From Candidatus Latescibacterota bacterium (GTDB lineage: Bacteria; Latescibacterota; UBA2968; UBA8231): DNA of 64,000 nucleotides. The translations under genes were made by a program, and so were the position numbers. Position 1 is the stretch's first letter, and every line of letters starts with the position of its first letter. The DNA is taken from positions 4,864,001 through 4,928,000 of the forward strand of contig OZ242005.1 of assembly GCA_965204725.1 (NCBI GenBank). The letters are read 5' to 3'. The notes under the pieces were generated by a model, which worked only from the letters and a program-made list of their open reading frames with translations, made no database searches and was not told where the DNA came from. Shown piece by piece: positions 43,283-53,609 of this stretch.

Positions 43283-43696
43283 ATGAGACGACGAGAAGCC
43301 CGCCTCATTTTGGGGGTAGATGAGGACGCCACCACAGACGCGGTAAAGTCGGCGTTTCGCCGCTATGCCCTCCAGCATCACCCCGACCGCAACCCGGACA
43401 ACCCGGATGCCGAAGAGGCTTTTAAGAAGGGGGTGCATGCCTATCGCTTACTGACGGGGCAAGAGCAATCCGATCTGGATTCGTTGTTGGAGCAGTTTGA
43501 GGATATAGAGCAGGCTCTCAGCAACATGGAGCAGTCCTTTGACAGATTTGAAAAAAGCGTATCCGAAGGACTCGACAGTGTATCCGAAGGACTCGACAAC
43601 ATCGAAAAGAAGATGTCCCACATGTTTAAGTGGACCATCGCCGTGATGGTTCTCACGACCCTATCGTTGGGTCTTATCATCTGGTTCGGTTTATGA
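43283..43696 (+). CDS. J-domain protein with coiled coil and C-terminal TM
   Basis: ILGV..VKSAFRRYALQHHPDRN (HPD); 21-bp tandem repeat encoding VSEGLD; hydrophobic C-terminus. Confidence 0.8.
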   Translation: MRRREARLILGVDEDATTDAVKSAFRRYALQHHPDRNPDNPDAEEAFKKGVHAYRLLTGQEQSDLDSLLEQFEDIEQALSNMEQSFDRFEKSVSEGLDSVSEGLDNIEKKMSHMFKWTIAVMVLTTLSLGLIIWFGL

Positions 43697-43728
43697 CTTG
43701 AGAATCCGCAGATGGAGGTGATGTCGTA

Positions 43729-44175
43729 ATGGACAACAATGAACGCATCTTGAAACACTTGGAGTTCATTCAAGGCGTCGTAGATCGCTTGGGTAGAAAC
43801 TCGTTCCTGCTCAAGGGTTGGAGCATGGCCGTCCTCGTCGCCGGCGCCTTGTTGATGGTGCGACTCAGGCCGGACCAGCCTCTATTGGCATTGACGCTTC
43901 TCCTACCCGTTGTCGGATTCTGGCTGCTAGATGCGTACTTCTTGTGGCAAGAGCGGTTGTTCCGCGCCGAGTACGACCGCGTCCGCAAGCAGGACGAGAC
44001 CGACTTTGCCATGAACCCGATGCAGCATAAGGACCAGCCGAAACATAGCTGGCTCGCAACATCTTTCTCGGTGACGCTGGTCGTTTTTTACGGCATCGAA
44101 ATTCTGTTCGTATCGGTTCTCGTTGGTGCTCTAGCGATCGCGGGCAACCCAACTCCGGGGAGTTGCTGCGCGTGA
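43729..44175 (+). CDS. Conserved small multi-TM hypothetical protein
   Basis: GGAGGTG RBS; HLEFIQGVVDRL..NSFLLKGWS and FWLLDAYFLWQERLFR; about 3 TMs. Confidence 0.7.
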   Translation: MDNNERILKHLEFIQGVVDRLGRNSFLLKGWSMAVLVAGALLMVRLRPDQPLLALTLLLPVVGFWLLDAYFLWQERLFRAEYDRVRKQDETDFAMNPMQHKDQPKHSWLATSFSVTLVVFYGIEILFVSVLVGALAIAGNPTPGSCCA

Positions 44176-44256
44176 TCTTCAACGCTCGTGTTTGAGGACG
44201 TCTCGCTAAAAACCGCTCCCAAGCAGAGCTATCTGCGAATAGATGCTCAATCCAAA

Positions 44257-44293
44257 TTGACAAATTACTCAATATACTGAGTAAGATTACTCA
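44257..44293. promoter_or_regulatory. TTGACA box with three alternating TTACTCA half-sites (putative operator)
   Basis: TTACTCA 44265, TGAGTAA 44278, TTACTCA 44287. Confidence 0.5.
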
Positions 44294-44407
44294 ATGAAAT
44301 GAACAAAAAGCCGTTCATCCCCCGGCCGTATGCGGCGTGATCAGCACGTTGTCCGTCCGCCACAACAGACCCTATTTTGCTCCTTACCCCAATCACGGAA
44401 GCAGGTC

Positions 44408-45922
44408 ATGCAAAACCACATCGTCAAGACCCACTTAGAGGGGGCGGTCCTCCCGCGCGAAGAGCAGTTGGCTTGGAAGCTGGCCCAACTCGCCGCCCAC
44501 AATCGAGCGTTCGACTCGGAAGTCGCCGAGATGATCGGCAATCGCGTCATTGACAACGCCGCGGTCGCCCTAGCCGCGATCAACCGCCCGTCGGTGCGCA
44601 ACGCCCGCCTCCTCGCCTTGGGGTATCCCCATCCTCGCAACAGGGGTGCCCGCCTCTTTGGCGCGGCCAACGCCCGCAGCTTCCACTGCGAGTGGGCCGC
44701 CCTCGCCAACGGGGTTGCCGTGCGCGAGCTCGACATGCACGACACCTATCTCGCGGCCGATTACTCGCACCCCGGCGACACCATCCCCGGCTTGCTCGCC
44801 GCCGCCCAGCAAACGGACGCCGATGGCCGGGTGCTGACCTTGGGCATCCTCACGGCTTATGAGGTGCAGATGGCGCTGGTGACGGGCATCTGCCTACACG
44901 AGCACAAGATCGACCACGTCGCCCACCTCGCTCCGGCCGTGGCCGCCGGGCTGGGGACTATGCTCCAGATGCCCGCCGCGCAAATCTACCAAGCCATCAA
45001 TCAGAGCCTGCACCTAGCCTGCGCCACCCGCCAATCGCGCAAAGGCGACATCACCTCTTGGAAGGCCTACGCCCCGGCCCAAGCCAACAAGATCGCCATC
45101 GAAGCGGTGGGCCGGGCGCGCCTCGGCGAGCGAGCACCGTCGCCCATCTACGAGGGCCGCGACGCCGTCATCGCGTGGATGCTGTCCGGGCCGGACGCCG
45201 AATACCGCGTCCCTCTGCCCGATCCCGGCGAACGGATGCGCGCCATCCTGCGCTCCTACACCAAGGAGCACTCGGCCGAGTACCAAGCCCAAGCCCTAAT
45301 TGACCTCGGCTTCCGGCTCCACGCTCGCCATATAGATTTAGACCAAGTGGAAGAGGTGGTAATCCGCACCAGCCACCACACGCACTACGTCATTGGCACG
45401 GGGGCCAACGACCCAGAGAAAATGGACCCAGACGCCTCGCGCGAGACCCTCGACCACAGCGCCATGTACATCCTCGCGGTCGCTTGGGAGGACGGCACTT
45501 GGCACCACGTACATTCCTATACCTCGGAGCGCGCACACCGCCCTTCAACGGTCGCGCTGTGGCACAAGATCCGCACCGCAGAGGTCGCCGAGTGGACTCG
45601 AGCCTATCACCATCCCGATCCCGCGCACAAGAAGTTCGGTGCCCAAGTCGTGGTCCGCCTCGCCGACGGCACTCAGATCGCCGAACGCCTCGATAACCCC
45701 AACGCCCACTACCTCGGCGACCGGCCCTTTGCGCGGCCGGACTACATCCGCAAGCTAGCCGTATTGACCGAAGGAGTCGTAGAGCCAGCCGAGGTGGAGC
45801 GTTTTCTAGGGCTGGTGGATCGGTTGCCGGAACTGACGCCCGAGGAAGTGGACCAGCTCAACCTCGTGGCCGCTCAGGGCGTGTTGGAAGACGCCGAGAG
45901 CGAGCGCGTGGGCGTCTTGTAG
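44408..45922 (+). CDS. prpD: MmgE/PrpD family 2-methylcitrate dehydratase
   Basis: [62 protein letters not shown]. Confidence 0.88.
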   Translation: MQNHIVKTHLEGAVLPREEQLAWKLAQLAAHNRAFDSEVAEMIGNRVIDNAAVALAAINRPSVRNARLLALGYPHPRNRGARLFGAANARSFHCEWAALANGVAVRELDMHDTYLAADYSHPGDTIPGLLAAAQQTDADGRVLTLGILTAYEVQMALVTGICLHEHKIDHVAHLAPAVAAGLGTMLQMPAAQIYQAINQSLHLACATRQSRKGDITSWKAYAPAQANKIAIEAVGRARLGERAPSPIYEGRDAVIAWMLSGPDAEYRVPLPDPGERMRAILRSYTKEHSAEYQAQALIDLGFRLHARHIDLDQVEEVVIRTSHHTHYVIGTGANDPEKMDPDASRETLDHSAMYILAVAWEDGTWHHVHSYTSERAHRPSTVALWHKIRTAEVAEWTRAYHHPDPAHKKFGAQVVVRLADGTQIAERLDNPNAHYLGDRPFARPDYIRKLAVLTEGVVEPAEVERFLGLVDRLPELTPEEVDQLNLVAAQGVLEDAESERVGVL

Positions 45923-45964
45923 CCCATCGCTTCCGCGCTCAGGGATTTGCGAAAGCGAGACAGG

Positions 45965-46008
45965 TGAATGTTATTTGCTAAATAACATATATTCCCTGAA
46001 TGTTATTT
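45965..46008. promoter_or_regulatory. AT-rich dyad plus direct repeat (putative autoregulatory operator)
   Basis: ATGTTATTT-GCT-AAATAACAT, and TGAATGTTATTT repeated at 45965 and 45997. Confidence 0.5.
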
Positions 46009-46048
46009 CCTGAATAAGCATCACAGAGACCACCGCAAGAGGTTTAAC

Positions 46049-47509
46049 TTGGCCGCTTGGACCCCGCGCTTCTCCGACTTTGAGCATGTCTTTACCGAAC
46101 AGAATCCGTGGCATAGCCAAGGGGTCGTACCGCCATCGCTGGCCCCGCCAGTGGAGCGCCCGCTAGCGCAGTTGCTGTGGCAGCGGCTTCTACGCGACGA
46201 TCTGCTGCGCTACCAACTCGTGCTCGGCCCGCGTCGGGTGGGCAAGACCACCGTGCTCTATCAGACCGTCCGCCACCTGCTAGCGCGCGTCGAGCCGCAG
46301 CGGGTCTGGTGGTTGCGCATGGATCATCCGCTCCTCCTTCAGATACCGCTCGGCGAGCTCGTGCGAGCGATATTGGACGCGAGTGCCGCCACCACCGACT
46401 GCCCTACCTACCTGATGCTCGACGAACTCGTGTACGCGGCGGACTGGGATCTGTGGCTAAAGACCTTCTACGATGAACGGTGGCCGGTGCGGATTGCAGC
46501 CACTTCGAGTGCTACCGCTGCCCTGAAAGAGCGCCGGGTCGAAAGCGGCGTCGGGCGCTGGGAGGAACAGTACCTGATGCCCTACTTGTTCGACGAATTC
46601 CTACACCTGATAGGGTCGCAACCCGAGATCGCGGTTGAGCGCACCCTCGGCCAAACGTTGCGCGCCTTGCCCTCCGGTCGGCCGGCGGATGCAGCCCTCG
46701 GCCGGTGGCGTCGCGTCTTCCTGTTCGTCGGCGGCTTTCCCGAACTGATCGCCCGCCAGCACCCCGACGAACAGCCGGACGAATCGAATCTGCTGCTGGC
46801 CTCGCAACGGGTTCTCCGCAGCGACGCCGTAGAGCGGACCATTTACAAGGACATCCCCCAGTCGTTTGGGGTACACAATCCGATAATGCTGGAGCGCATT
46901 TTGTACGTGCTGGCCGGACAGATTGCCGGTCTCCTGTCGCCGTCGAACATCAGCAATGATCTCGACCTGTCCCAGCCGACTTTTGACCGCTATCTCTCGT
47001 ATCTAGAGCGGGCCTTTCTCGTCTTTACCCTGCCGAATTACGCTGGGCGCGAGGTGGGGATTCAACGTCGGGGCCGCAAGCTGTACTTCGTCGATGGGGC
47101 GGTTCGCAACGCCGCCCTGCAACGCGGCCTCGCCCCGCTCGACGATCCCGGGGAGATGGGCACCCTCATCGAAAACGTCGTCGCGACCTCGCTCCACACC
47201 TTGAGCATGCACGCCGGCCTCCGGCTCCACCACTGGCGCGATAGCACCCGCGAGGTGGACCTAATTTGGGGGGATCCACACCAGCCGCTGGCCTTTGAGA
47301 TCGGCACTTCGGCCCACCACGCTCGGACGGGCCTTCGCGCCTTGATGGAACGGCACGAGCCCTTCCGCGGACACAGCTATCTCGTCGCACCACAAGCTGC
47401 GGTCCGCCATCCCGATGCCAGCGGAATGGGTACTCTCCCGCTCGACACCTTCCTGCTCGCCGTTGGCGCGCAAGCGCACCAAGCCCTCGCCGATCGACTG
47501 CGGGGCTGA
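46049..47509 (+). CDS. AAA_14 ATPase with DUF4143-type C-terminus
   Basis: QNPW, GPRRVGKTT, LMLDE, GGFPE, RKLYFVD, ENVV, HWRD..EVD; TTG start uncertain. Confidence 0.85.
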   Translation: MAAWTPRFSDFEHVFTEQNPWHSQGVVPPSLAPPVERPLAQLLWQRLLRDDLLRYQLVLGPRRVGKTTVLYQTVRHLLARVEPQRVWWLRMDHPLLLQIPLGELVRAILDASAATTDCPTYLMLDELVYAADWDLWLKTFYDERWPVRIAATSSATAALKERRVESGVGRWEEQYLMPYLFDEFLHLIGSQPEIAVERTLGQTLRALPSGRPADAALGRWRRVFLFVGGFPELIARQHPDEQPDESNLLLASQRVLRSDAVERTIYKDIPQSFGVHNPIMLERILYVLAGQIAGLLSPSNISNDLDLSQPTFDRYLSYLERAFLVFTLPNYAGREVGIQRRGRKLYFVDGAVRNAALQRGLAPLDDPGEMGTLIENVVATSLHTLSMHAGLRLHHWRDSTREVDLIWGDPHQPLAFEIGTSAHHARTGLRALMERHEPFRGHSYLVAPQAAVRHPDASGMGTLPLDTFLLAVGAQAHQALADRLRG

Positions 47510-47532
47510 GCAGCTAGAGTCGCAGCCCAAGA

Positions 47533-48753
47533 CTAGGCCTCCAACACCGGCCCTTCCGCTTCCACCCGCTCGTACAGGCGTGCGAATTCCTCGGACCCAT
47601 CGTCGTTCCACACCGCAAAGGACAAGCCCCGGATGGTTCCCTCGGCAAAGCCGGTCAACGCATCGAGCGGCGGGATGCCGGCCGTGTAGAGCACGTGCCC
47701 GTCTGGCAGACGCAGCTTGCCCAAGTGCCGGGGAATTTCCGCTGGGCCGCGCTGCGCCAAGCGTGCGATGACCGCTTCGTCCACCTCCACTCCGAGGCCC
47801 GGCCCCTCGGGCACGGGCGAACAGCCTGCGACGATCTCAATGCGCTGCCGGGCCGCGTCCTCCTCGTACTGGTCGTCGAGGTTGATCGAGTGAGCGGCCG
47901 TAGGCAGGACGGCCGCCAAGTGCAGGGCCAACGCCTTGGCCAAGGTCCCTCCGGTTAGCTGCACTACCACTTGCACATTGGCTTTGCCATAAGCCAAGCC
48001 GCGCACCAGCGCGTCGCCAAACCCACCGCAGTACTCGGCCACGATATACGCATCGGCCATCCCCTGCACGACCTCCTGCAACCCGCCCAGCGGCGGCACG
48101 TGCATGACCAGCGGTACGCCGCATTGAGCGCGGAGCCGCCGCCAGCCTTCGACATCGCTCAGCACCAAGGGATCCTCGATATAGCCCACTACGGGCGATT
48201 TTTCGAGCTGTTTGACGAGGGGGAGCACGGTGGCCAAGGTGCGGTTGGCATTGAAGTCGTACTGCATCTTGAAGCCTGCTGGTGCCACGTCCTCTACCGC
48301 TCGGTTCTGCTCGAACACATCGTAGTGCTGGCAAGTGTGCATCTTGAACAGCCGGTAGCCTTGGTCGGCGGCGCGGCGGACTTCGCGGCTCAGCTCCTCG
48401 GGATCGGCGGGCCGAGTCCAGGCTGCCACCGGCACGCGGTCGCGCACTTTGGGGCCCATCAGCTTGTAGGCCGGCACTTCGAGGTGTTGGCCCATCACGT
48501 CGTACAAGGCCCCGGCTAGGCCGAGGTGGACATCGCTACCCAAAAAGTCGAAGGGACTGCGGCCGATGAGGCCCTCCACGCTCTGGGCGGGCGGTGGCGT
48601 ACAGCGGTACTCGCCCCAGCCGACCAAGCCGTTGTCGGTTTGGACCTTGAAGAAGGTGCGCTGGTCTATCGAGCGGAAGCGCACGGCGTGCTCGGCGTTG
48701 CGGGCGGCGAGCGGCACATGCGCCGGAATGATGTCTATATCGGTGATTTTCAT
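47533..48753 (-). CDS. Mandelate racemase/muconate lactonizing enzyme (enolase superfamily)
   Basis: MKITDI, VQTDNGLVGWGE, ALYDVMGQ..VPAYKLMG, YDFN, IEDP, PEGPGLGVEVD. Confidence 0.85.
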   Translation of the reverse strand: MKITDIDIIPAHVPLAARNAEHAVRFRSIDQRTFFKVQTDNGLVGWGEYRCTPPPAQSVEGLIGRSPFDFLGSDVHLGLAGALYDVMGQHLEVPAYKLMGPKVRDRVPVAAWTRPADPEELSREVRRAADQGYRLFKMHTCQHYDVFEQNRAVEDVAPAGFKMQYDFNANRTLATVLPLVKQLEKSPVVGYIEDPLVLSDVEGWRRLRAQCGVPLVMHVPPLGGLQEVVQGMADAYIVAEYCGGFGDALVRGLAYGKANVQVVVQLTGGTLAKALALHLAAVLPTAAHSINLDDQYEEDAARQRIEIVAGCSPVPEGPGLGVEVDEAVIARLAQRGPAEIPRHLGKLRLPDGHVLYTAGIPPLDALTGFAEGTIRGLSFAVWNDDGSEEFARLYERVEAEGPVLEA

Positions 48754-48892
48754 GGTTGGCCTCCTCGGCGCGTAAGCGAGATTGTGTCGATGGCAAAATT
48801 GGCGATTTTAAGGTGCCAGCCGCGCTAGTCCACCTTGGGTTGCAGATGCTGCTGGGGATTCCCGCCGTATTCGTCGGGTATTGGGCGGCGCG

Positions 48893-49693
48893 CTAGCCGT
48901 CTAGCCCGCGCAAGTACGCCAAGCTCAGGGGCGCGGCTTGGCGCAACCGGGCTTGGCGATAGACCTTGACCGAGGCAAAACCCGCATAGCCGATGGCGTC
49001 TAAGGCGGCGAGCACGGCCTTGAAGTCGATGTGGCCGCTGCCCAGCACGCCGCCATTGCTCTCGCACAAGTGGACGTGCCGCAGCGCGTCGCGGCAGGCG
49101 AAAATGGGTTGGGTCAACGACTTTTCTTCAATGTTCAGATGGATCGTATCGACCATCGGCCCCACAGCCGATACGCCAACGCGCTCAATCAGGGCGCACA
49201 CCTCGCCCACAGAATTGTTAAACCCCACTTGCAGGTGATTGATCGGCTCGACGACCACGCGCACGCCGGCGTCTTGCGCGGCCAAGCCCACTTCGCGCAG
49301 GCCGGCCGCAATGCGCTCGTTGGCCACTGCGGCGTCGGCCTCGTCTGAGCGCAGGCCCTGCAAAAGCCCGACCACGAGGAGGGCGTTAAATCGCTGGGCA
49401 ATGGGCAGGTACTCCCGCAGCCTAGCGACGGCACCGGCGCGTCGGCGCGGGTCGGCCGCACTCAAGCACAGCCCCTCGGCATAGGCCGCGCCGGTCAACA
49501 GCGACGGCACCACCAAGCCACACGCCTCGACCGAGCGTTCAATCGCGTCTAGTTGGCCGAGGACCGCCGGCGTCAGGTTCAGCTCGACGCCGGCGTACCC
49601 GCAGTCGCGGATGAAGCTCAGTCCGGCGGCGAAATCGCCCCCGAGATCCGCAAAGTCAATTACCATATAACTGTAGTGCATCGTTGCCTCCAT
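48893..49693 (-). CDS. Sugar phosphate isomerase/epimerase (AP endonuclease 2 TIM barrel)
   Basis: GYAGVEL, VVEPINH, DTIHLNIEE, HVHLCESN..LGSGHIDF. Confidence 0.85.
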   Translation of the reverse strand: MEATMHYSYMVIDFADLGGDFAAGLSFIRDCGYAGVELNLTPAVLGQLDAIERSVEACGLVVPSLLTGAAYAEGLCLSAADPRRRAGAVARLREYLPIAQRFNALLVVGLLQGLRSDEADAAVANERIAAGLREVGLAAQDAGVRVVVEPINHLQVGFNNSVGEVCALIERVGVSAVGPMVDTIHLNIEEKSLTQPIFACRDALRHVHLCESNGGVLGSGHIDFKAVLAALDAIGYAGFASVKVYRQARLRQAAPLSLAYLRGLDG

Positions 49694-49772
49694 GAGAGTG
49701 GGAGATAGTGGCGGCCAGCCGTTGCTGTGTCTAAGTTACTCCATGCGATTAGGCCCCAACAGCGGAGCGCGC

Positions 49773-50675
49773 ATGCGATACCGACGATTCGGCAAAACGA
49801 ACTGGCAAGTCAGCGAAATCGCCCTCGGTGGGTCTTGGTTTTACGGACGCCCGGAATACGGCCTCCGGCCGGTGGCGCACGGAGTCGCCATAGTCGAGCG
49901 CGCCCTCCAACTCGGCATCAACTACTTTGACACGGCCCCGCTCTACGGCCAAGGCCGTAGCGAAGAGGTCCTCGGCCACGCCCTCAAAGGCGTTGACGCG
50001 CCCCATTATCTGGCGACCAAGGTCGGCTATTATCCCGCGCCTTTCGACTACACGCGCGACGCTGTGTGGCGGGGGTTTGAGGCCAGCCTTTCGCGCTTGC
50101 AGCGCGACTCGGTCGATCTGTTGCAACTCCACGAGGCCGAGCAGGCTGGCTGGGAGGGGATATTCGGCCCGGGGCGCGCCCTAGAGGCGATGCTCGAAAT
50201 TCGGGCGCAAGGCTTAGCCACCCACATCGGCCTAACCGGCTCGGACCTAGTGCTCATGCGCGAGGTCCTCGCCGAGTCCGACGCCTTTGTCTCGGTGATC
50301 ACCTTTCTCAAATACGACCTGCTGGTGCAGACGGCCAAGGAAATCCTTTTGCCGACCGCGGCCTCCCGCGACGTCGCCATCATCCTCGCCTCGCCGCTAC
50401 ACGCCGGCCTGCTTGGCTCCAAGCGCGACGCCTACAAGGAAATTGGGCGCTTTGCCGAGCTGTATCCCAAGCTCGAAAAAGTCAAAGCCCTACTCGCCAA
50501 CCAGCCTGGCGACATGCCCGACCACGGGCTGCGCTACTTGCTGTCGGACCCCCAAGTCGCCGTGCTGCTCACCGGCGCGGCCACCATAGACGAGCTCGAA
50601 GCCTCTGCGGCCGTTTCCGATGGCCGCTACTTGTCGGCCGAACTCGTCGGCCGCATTGAAGCACTCACCTTTTGA
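49773..50675 (+). CDS. Aldo/keto reductase
   Basis: MRYRRFGKT..VSEIALG, GINYFDTAPLYG, ATKVG, VDLLQLH. Confidence 0.88.
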   Translation: MRYRRFGKTNWQVSEIALGGSWFYGRPEYGLRPVAHGVAIVERALQLGINYFDTAPLYGQGRSEEVLGHALKGVDAPHYLATKVGYYPAPFDYTRDAVWRGFEASLSRLQRDSVDLLQLHEAEQAGWEGIFGPGRALEAMLEIRAQGLATHIGLTGSDLVLMREVLAESDAFVSVITFLKYDLLVQTAKEILLPTAASRDVAIILASPLHAGLLGSKRDAYKEIGRFAELYPKLEKVKALLANQPGDMPDHGLRYLLSDPQVAVLLTGAATIDELEASAAVSDGRYLSAELVGRIEALTF

Positions 50676-50688
50676 GGAGGAATTGCTG

Positions 50689-51714
50689 ATGAAACCTGTC
50701 CGCGTTGGCTGCATCGGCCTCGGCTGGATCACCCAAAGGGCGCACCTGCCGGCGTTGGCAGCCCTCGCCGAGGAAGGCCAAGTCGTTTTCCAAGCCTTTT
50801 GCGACAAAAGCGAGGAAACCCTCCAACAACAAGCAGCCGAGTACAAGCCTCGCTCGATCTATACAGATCACCACCAAATGTTCGCAGAGCAGCAACTCGA
50901 CGCGGTTTATTTGTGCATTCCGCCGACCGCCCACACCGACGAGGTGCTCATCGCCGCCGACCAAGGAGTCGCCCTCTTTGTCGAGAAGCCGCAGACCCTC
51001 GACCTAGGGCAAGTCGCCGAGTTCAACGCCGCCATTGCAAAAGCCGGCATCGTATCCCAAGTCGGCTTCGTCTATCGCTACGAGCCGGCTTCCGCGCCGA
51101 CTTGGGAGCTAGTGCAGAAGCGCACGCCGCGCCACGCCCAAATCCAAAACTTCTACAGCGGCCAGCCGATTCGCTACTGGACCAGCCGCTACGAACTCTG
51201 CGGCGGCTCCTTCGTGGAAAACACCATCCACAGCGTCGATCTGTTGCGCTACTTTCTCGGCGACATTGAGGCGGTCTCGGCCTTCTACGTCGAATCCCTG
51301 CCCGAAGAGCGCATTGAGCCGATGAATTTGCCCCACGTGTACAACGTCAACTACCGCTTTGAGGGGCGCTTGACGGCCAACGCCAGCGTCTCGCGGGTAA
51401 TGAACAATGTCGATTACGCTCGGCGCGAAATCCTCGTCATCAGCGATGACTCGATCATTGAGTGGAATCCGCAGCAGGTACGAGAAAACGGCGAGGTGGT
51501 GTGGGAAGCCGAGCAAGCACCGCAATCGCGGGGGGCTTTCTTTGCTCAGGCTCGCGCCTTTATCGCCGCGGTGCAAGCGGGCGATCCGGCCCTGCCGCGC
51601 AGCCCCTACGTTCCTTCGCTCAACAGCCTCGCCGCCGTTTTGGGGGCCAATGCCTCGGCCGAACGCGGCGGCGAGCGGGTCCTCCTCAGCGACCTAACCC
51701 GTGCAAACGCCTAG
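50689..51714 (+). CDS. Gfo/Idh/MocA family oxidoreductase
   Basis: VGCIGLGWI, LDAVYLCIPP, FVEKP, GGSFVENTIHSVD; GAGGAGG RBS. Confidence 0.88.
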   Translation: MKPVRVGCIGLGWITQRAHLPALAALAEEGQVVFQAFCDKSEETLQQQAAEYKPRSIYTDHHQMFAEQQLDAVYLCIPPTAHTDEVLIAADQGVALFVEKPQTLDLGQVAEFNAAIAKAGIVSQVGFVYRYEPASAPTWELVQKRTPRHAQIQNFYSGQPIRYWTSRYELCGGSFVENTIHSVDLLRYFLGDIEAVSAFYVESLPEERIEPMNLPHVYNVNYRFEGRLTANASVSRVMNNVDYARREILVISDDSIIEWNPQQVRENGEVVWEAEQAPQSRGAFFAQARAFIAAVQAGDPALPRSPYVPSLNSLAAVLGANASAERGGERVLLSDLTRANA

Positions 51715-51731
51715 CCTAGGAGTAACTCGCC

Positions 51732-53225
51732 ATGCAGCCCCAACCCACGCCCTTTCTAGACTGGTATGGAGTCTGGCCCTCCCATCGCAAGCTCGAAGAC
51801 GACGGCTCCGTCTGGTCGCAAGACCCGCCCCAAGGCATTGAGCTGACGCCCGAGCTGGCGCGCAAGTCCGCAGTTTTTTTCCACAAGGAGCGCCCGTGGG
51901 AGCAAGGCGCCAATCTCCACATCAACGCCATGCTACACGCCGAAGGGCGCTATCGCCTCTGGTACGGGGTGCAGCGCTTGGACGATATTGCCCGCACCTA
52001 TGTCTGCTACGCCGAAAGCGACGATGGGTTTGCTTGGCAGCGGCCGGACTTGGGCTTGTGCGAGTACGAAGGCTCGACCCGCAACAACATCATCAGCACC
52101 GGCCAAGACCATCCCCTCGGCTCGGTGTTCATCGACCCCAGCGCCCCGGCGGCCGAGCGCTACAAGGCCGTCGGCCCGGGGGCGCGCTACTTCCGCCATG
52201 GCCAGCCCGACCCGGACATGGACTCTGCGCGCTTCAAGGCCCTGCTCGTGGCCCGCGACTTGGGCGATGTGTCGGCCGGGGAAAAGGCCCGGGGGATTGA
52301 GATTCGGCAGCAGCTCCACGGCGCGACCTCGCCCGACGGCATCCACTGGCAAAACCTCAGTGTCCCCGTCTTCGACGCCGGCGCGACTCAGCTAGACACC
52401 CACAACCTCTGTGTGTATGATCCGCACCAAGGGCAATACGTGGCGTACTTGCGCGGCCATATAGACCGGCGGCGCTTGGTGCGCCGCGTCTCGGGCGCGC
52501 GGTTTGCCGCCTTGGCCGAGCCGCGTCCCTGCCTCCTGCCCGACCCTTTGGACCCGATTGATGACGACATCTACAATCCCTGCTACACGCCGTATCCGGG
52601 CGCGCAGCCGCGCTATCTGATGTTTCCGTCGATATACCATCGGATCGCTTCTACGGTGGATGTCCAGCTCGCGGTCAGCCGCGATAGCCACCAATGGGTG
52701 CGGCCCTTCCGCCAGCCCATCATCGACCTCGCCTACGAAGGGGGAACTTATGGTCAGATCTACGCCAGCCCGAATCTCATCGCCGCGGCTGGCACTTGGC
52801 GGCTGCCTTTTAGGGGCTACCAACGCCGCCACGACTTCCTCCGCCGCGGCGCGGCGTACCCCGAGGACGGGGAATTTCGCTGGGCCTGTTGGGAACCGGA
52901 TCGGCTCGCGGGGATCGAGGCCCAAGGCGAGGGACGGGTCACGCTCATTGAGCGGCCCTGCGGCGGCCGCGCCCTGCTGCTGAACTTTCGCACGGCTCCA
53001 GACGGCTGGATTAAGGCCGAAATCGTCCAGACCATTCACACGCCGCCCCAGCCGGTAGAAGCCTATCCCGGCTTCTCGCTGGCCGAGGCCGAGCCGCTCG
53101 CGGGCGATTCCATTGCCGAGGCGGCGCGCTGGCAAGGCCGAGCCGATCTAGCGGCCCTCGCCGGCGAAAAGGTCGGCCTCCGCTTTCATCTGTACAAAGC
53201 CAAGCTGTTTTCGGTATCTATTTGA
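51732..53225 (+). CDS. Hypothetical five-bladed propeller glycoside hydrolase-like protein
   Basis: RPWE, GRYRLWY, CYAESDDGFAWQRPDLG, SPDGIHW, LAVSRDSHQW (Asp-box-like repeats). Confidence 0.6.
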   Translation: MQPQPTPFLDWYGVWPSHRKLEDDGSVWSQDPPQGIELTPELARKSAVFFHKERPWEQGANLHINAMLHAEGRYRLWYGVQRLDDIARTYVCYAESDDGFAWQRPDLGLCEYEGSTRNNIISTGQDHPLGSVFIDPSAPAAERYKAVGPGARYFRHGQPDPDMDSARFKALLVARDLGDVSAGEKARGIEIRQQLHGATSPDGIHWQNLSVPVFDAGATQLDTHNLCVYDPHQGQYVAYLRGHIDRRRLVRRVSGARFAALAEPRPCLLPDPLDPIDDDIYNPCYTPYPGAQPRYLMFPSIYHRIASTVDVQLAVSRDSHQWVRPFRQPIIDLAYEGGTYGQIYASPNLIAAAGTWRLPFRGYQRRHDFLRRGAAYPEDGEFRWACWEPDRLAGIEAQGEGRVTLIERPCGGRALLLNFRTAPDGWIKAEIVQTIHTPPQPVEAYPGFSLAEAEPLAGDSIAEAARWQGRADLAALAGEKVGLRFHLYKAKLFSVSI

Positions 53226-53304
53226 GATTGAGGCGAACTGCGAAAACCGCGCCGCAGGCATGACAATCGGATGGAGCGGCGAGACTTACCGCGACCTAGA
53301 GACG

Positions 53305-53529
53305 CTAATAGTTCCTCACCTCGATAGGCGTGAGACTGAACACGCGTGAATATCTTGCAGCGGTCTTAATGTCCCCTCGACGAAGAGCCTCTCGCACATC
53401 GTCGAGACGATAGGCGTCTTCAAGAGAAAGGTACGGGGACCATCCTTCCGGCTCTTCTAGTAGCTCTACGTTGACGGCTGCAACATAGTTTCCTTCGTGG
53501 ACGAGCTTCGTCCATTCCCTCTTATTCAT
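53305..53529 (-). CDS. Small conserved hypothetical protein (74 aa)
   Basis: GGAGG RBS; KLVHEGNYVAAVNVEL..WSPYLSLEDAYRLDDVREALRRGD. Confidence 0.6.
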   Translation of the reverse strand: MNKREWTKLVHEGNYVAAVNVELLEEPEGWSPYLSLEDAYRLDDVREALRRGDIKTAARYSRVFSLTPIEVRNY

Positions 53530-53609
53530 TTTCGCCTCCGCTTGAAAGCGGCTGTATCCCTTTTTGTCGTCGCGTCGGTGACGTCGTGGGGGGGGCCGGG
53601 GCGGGTGGA

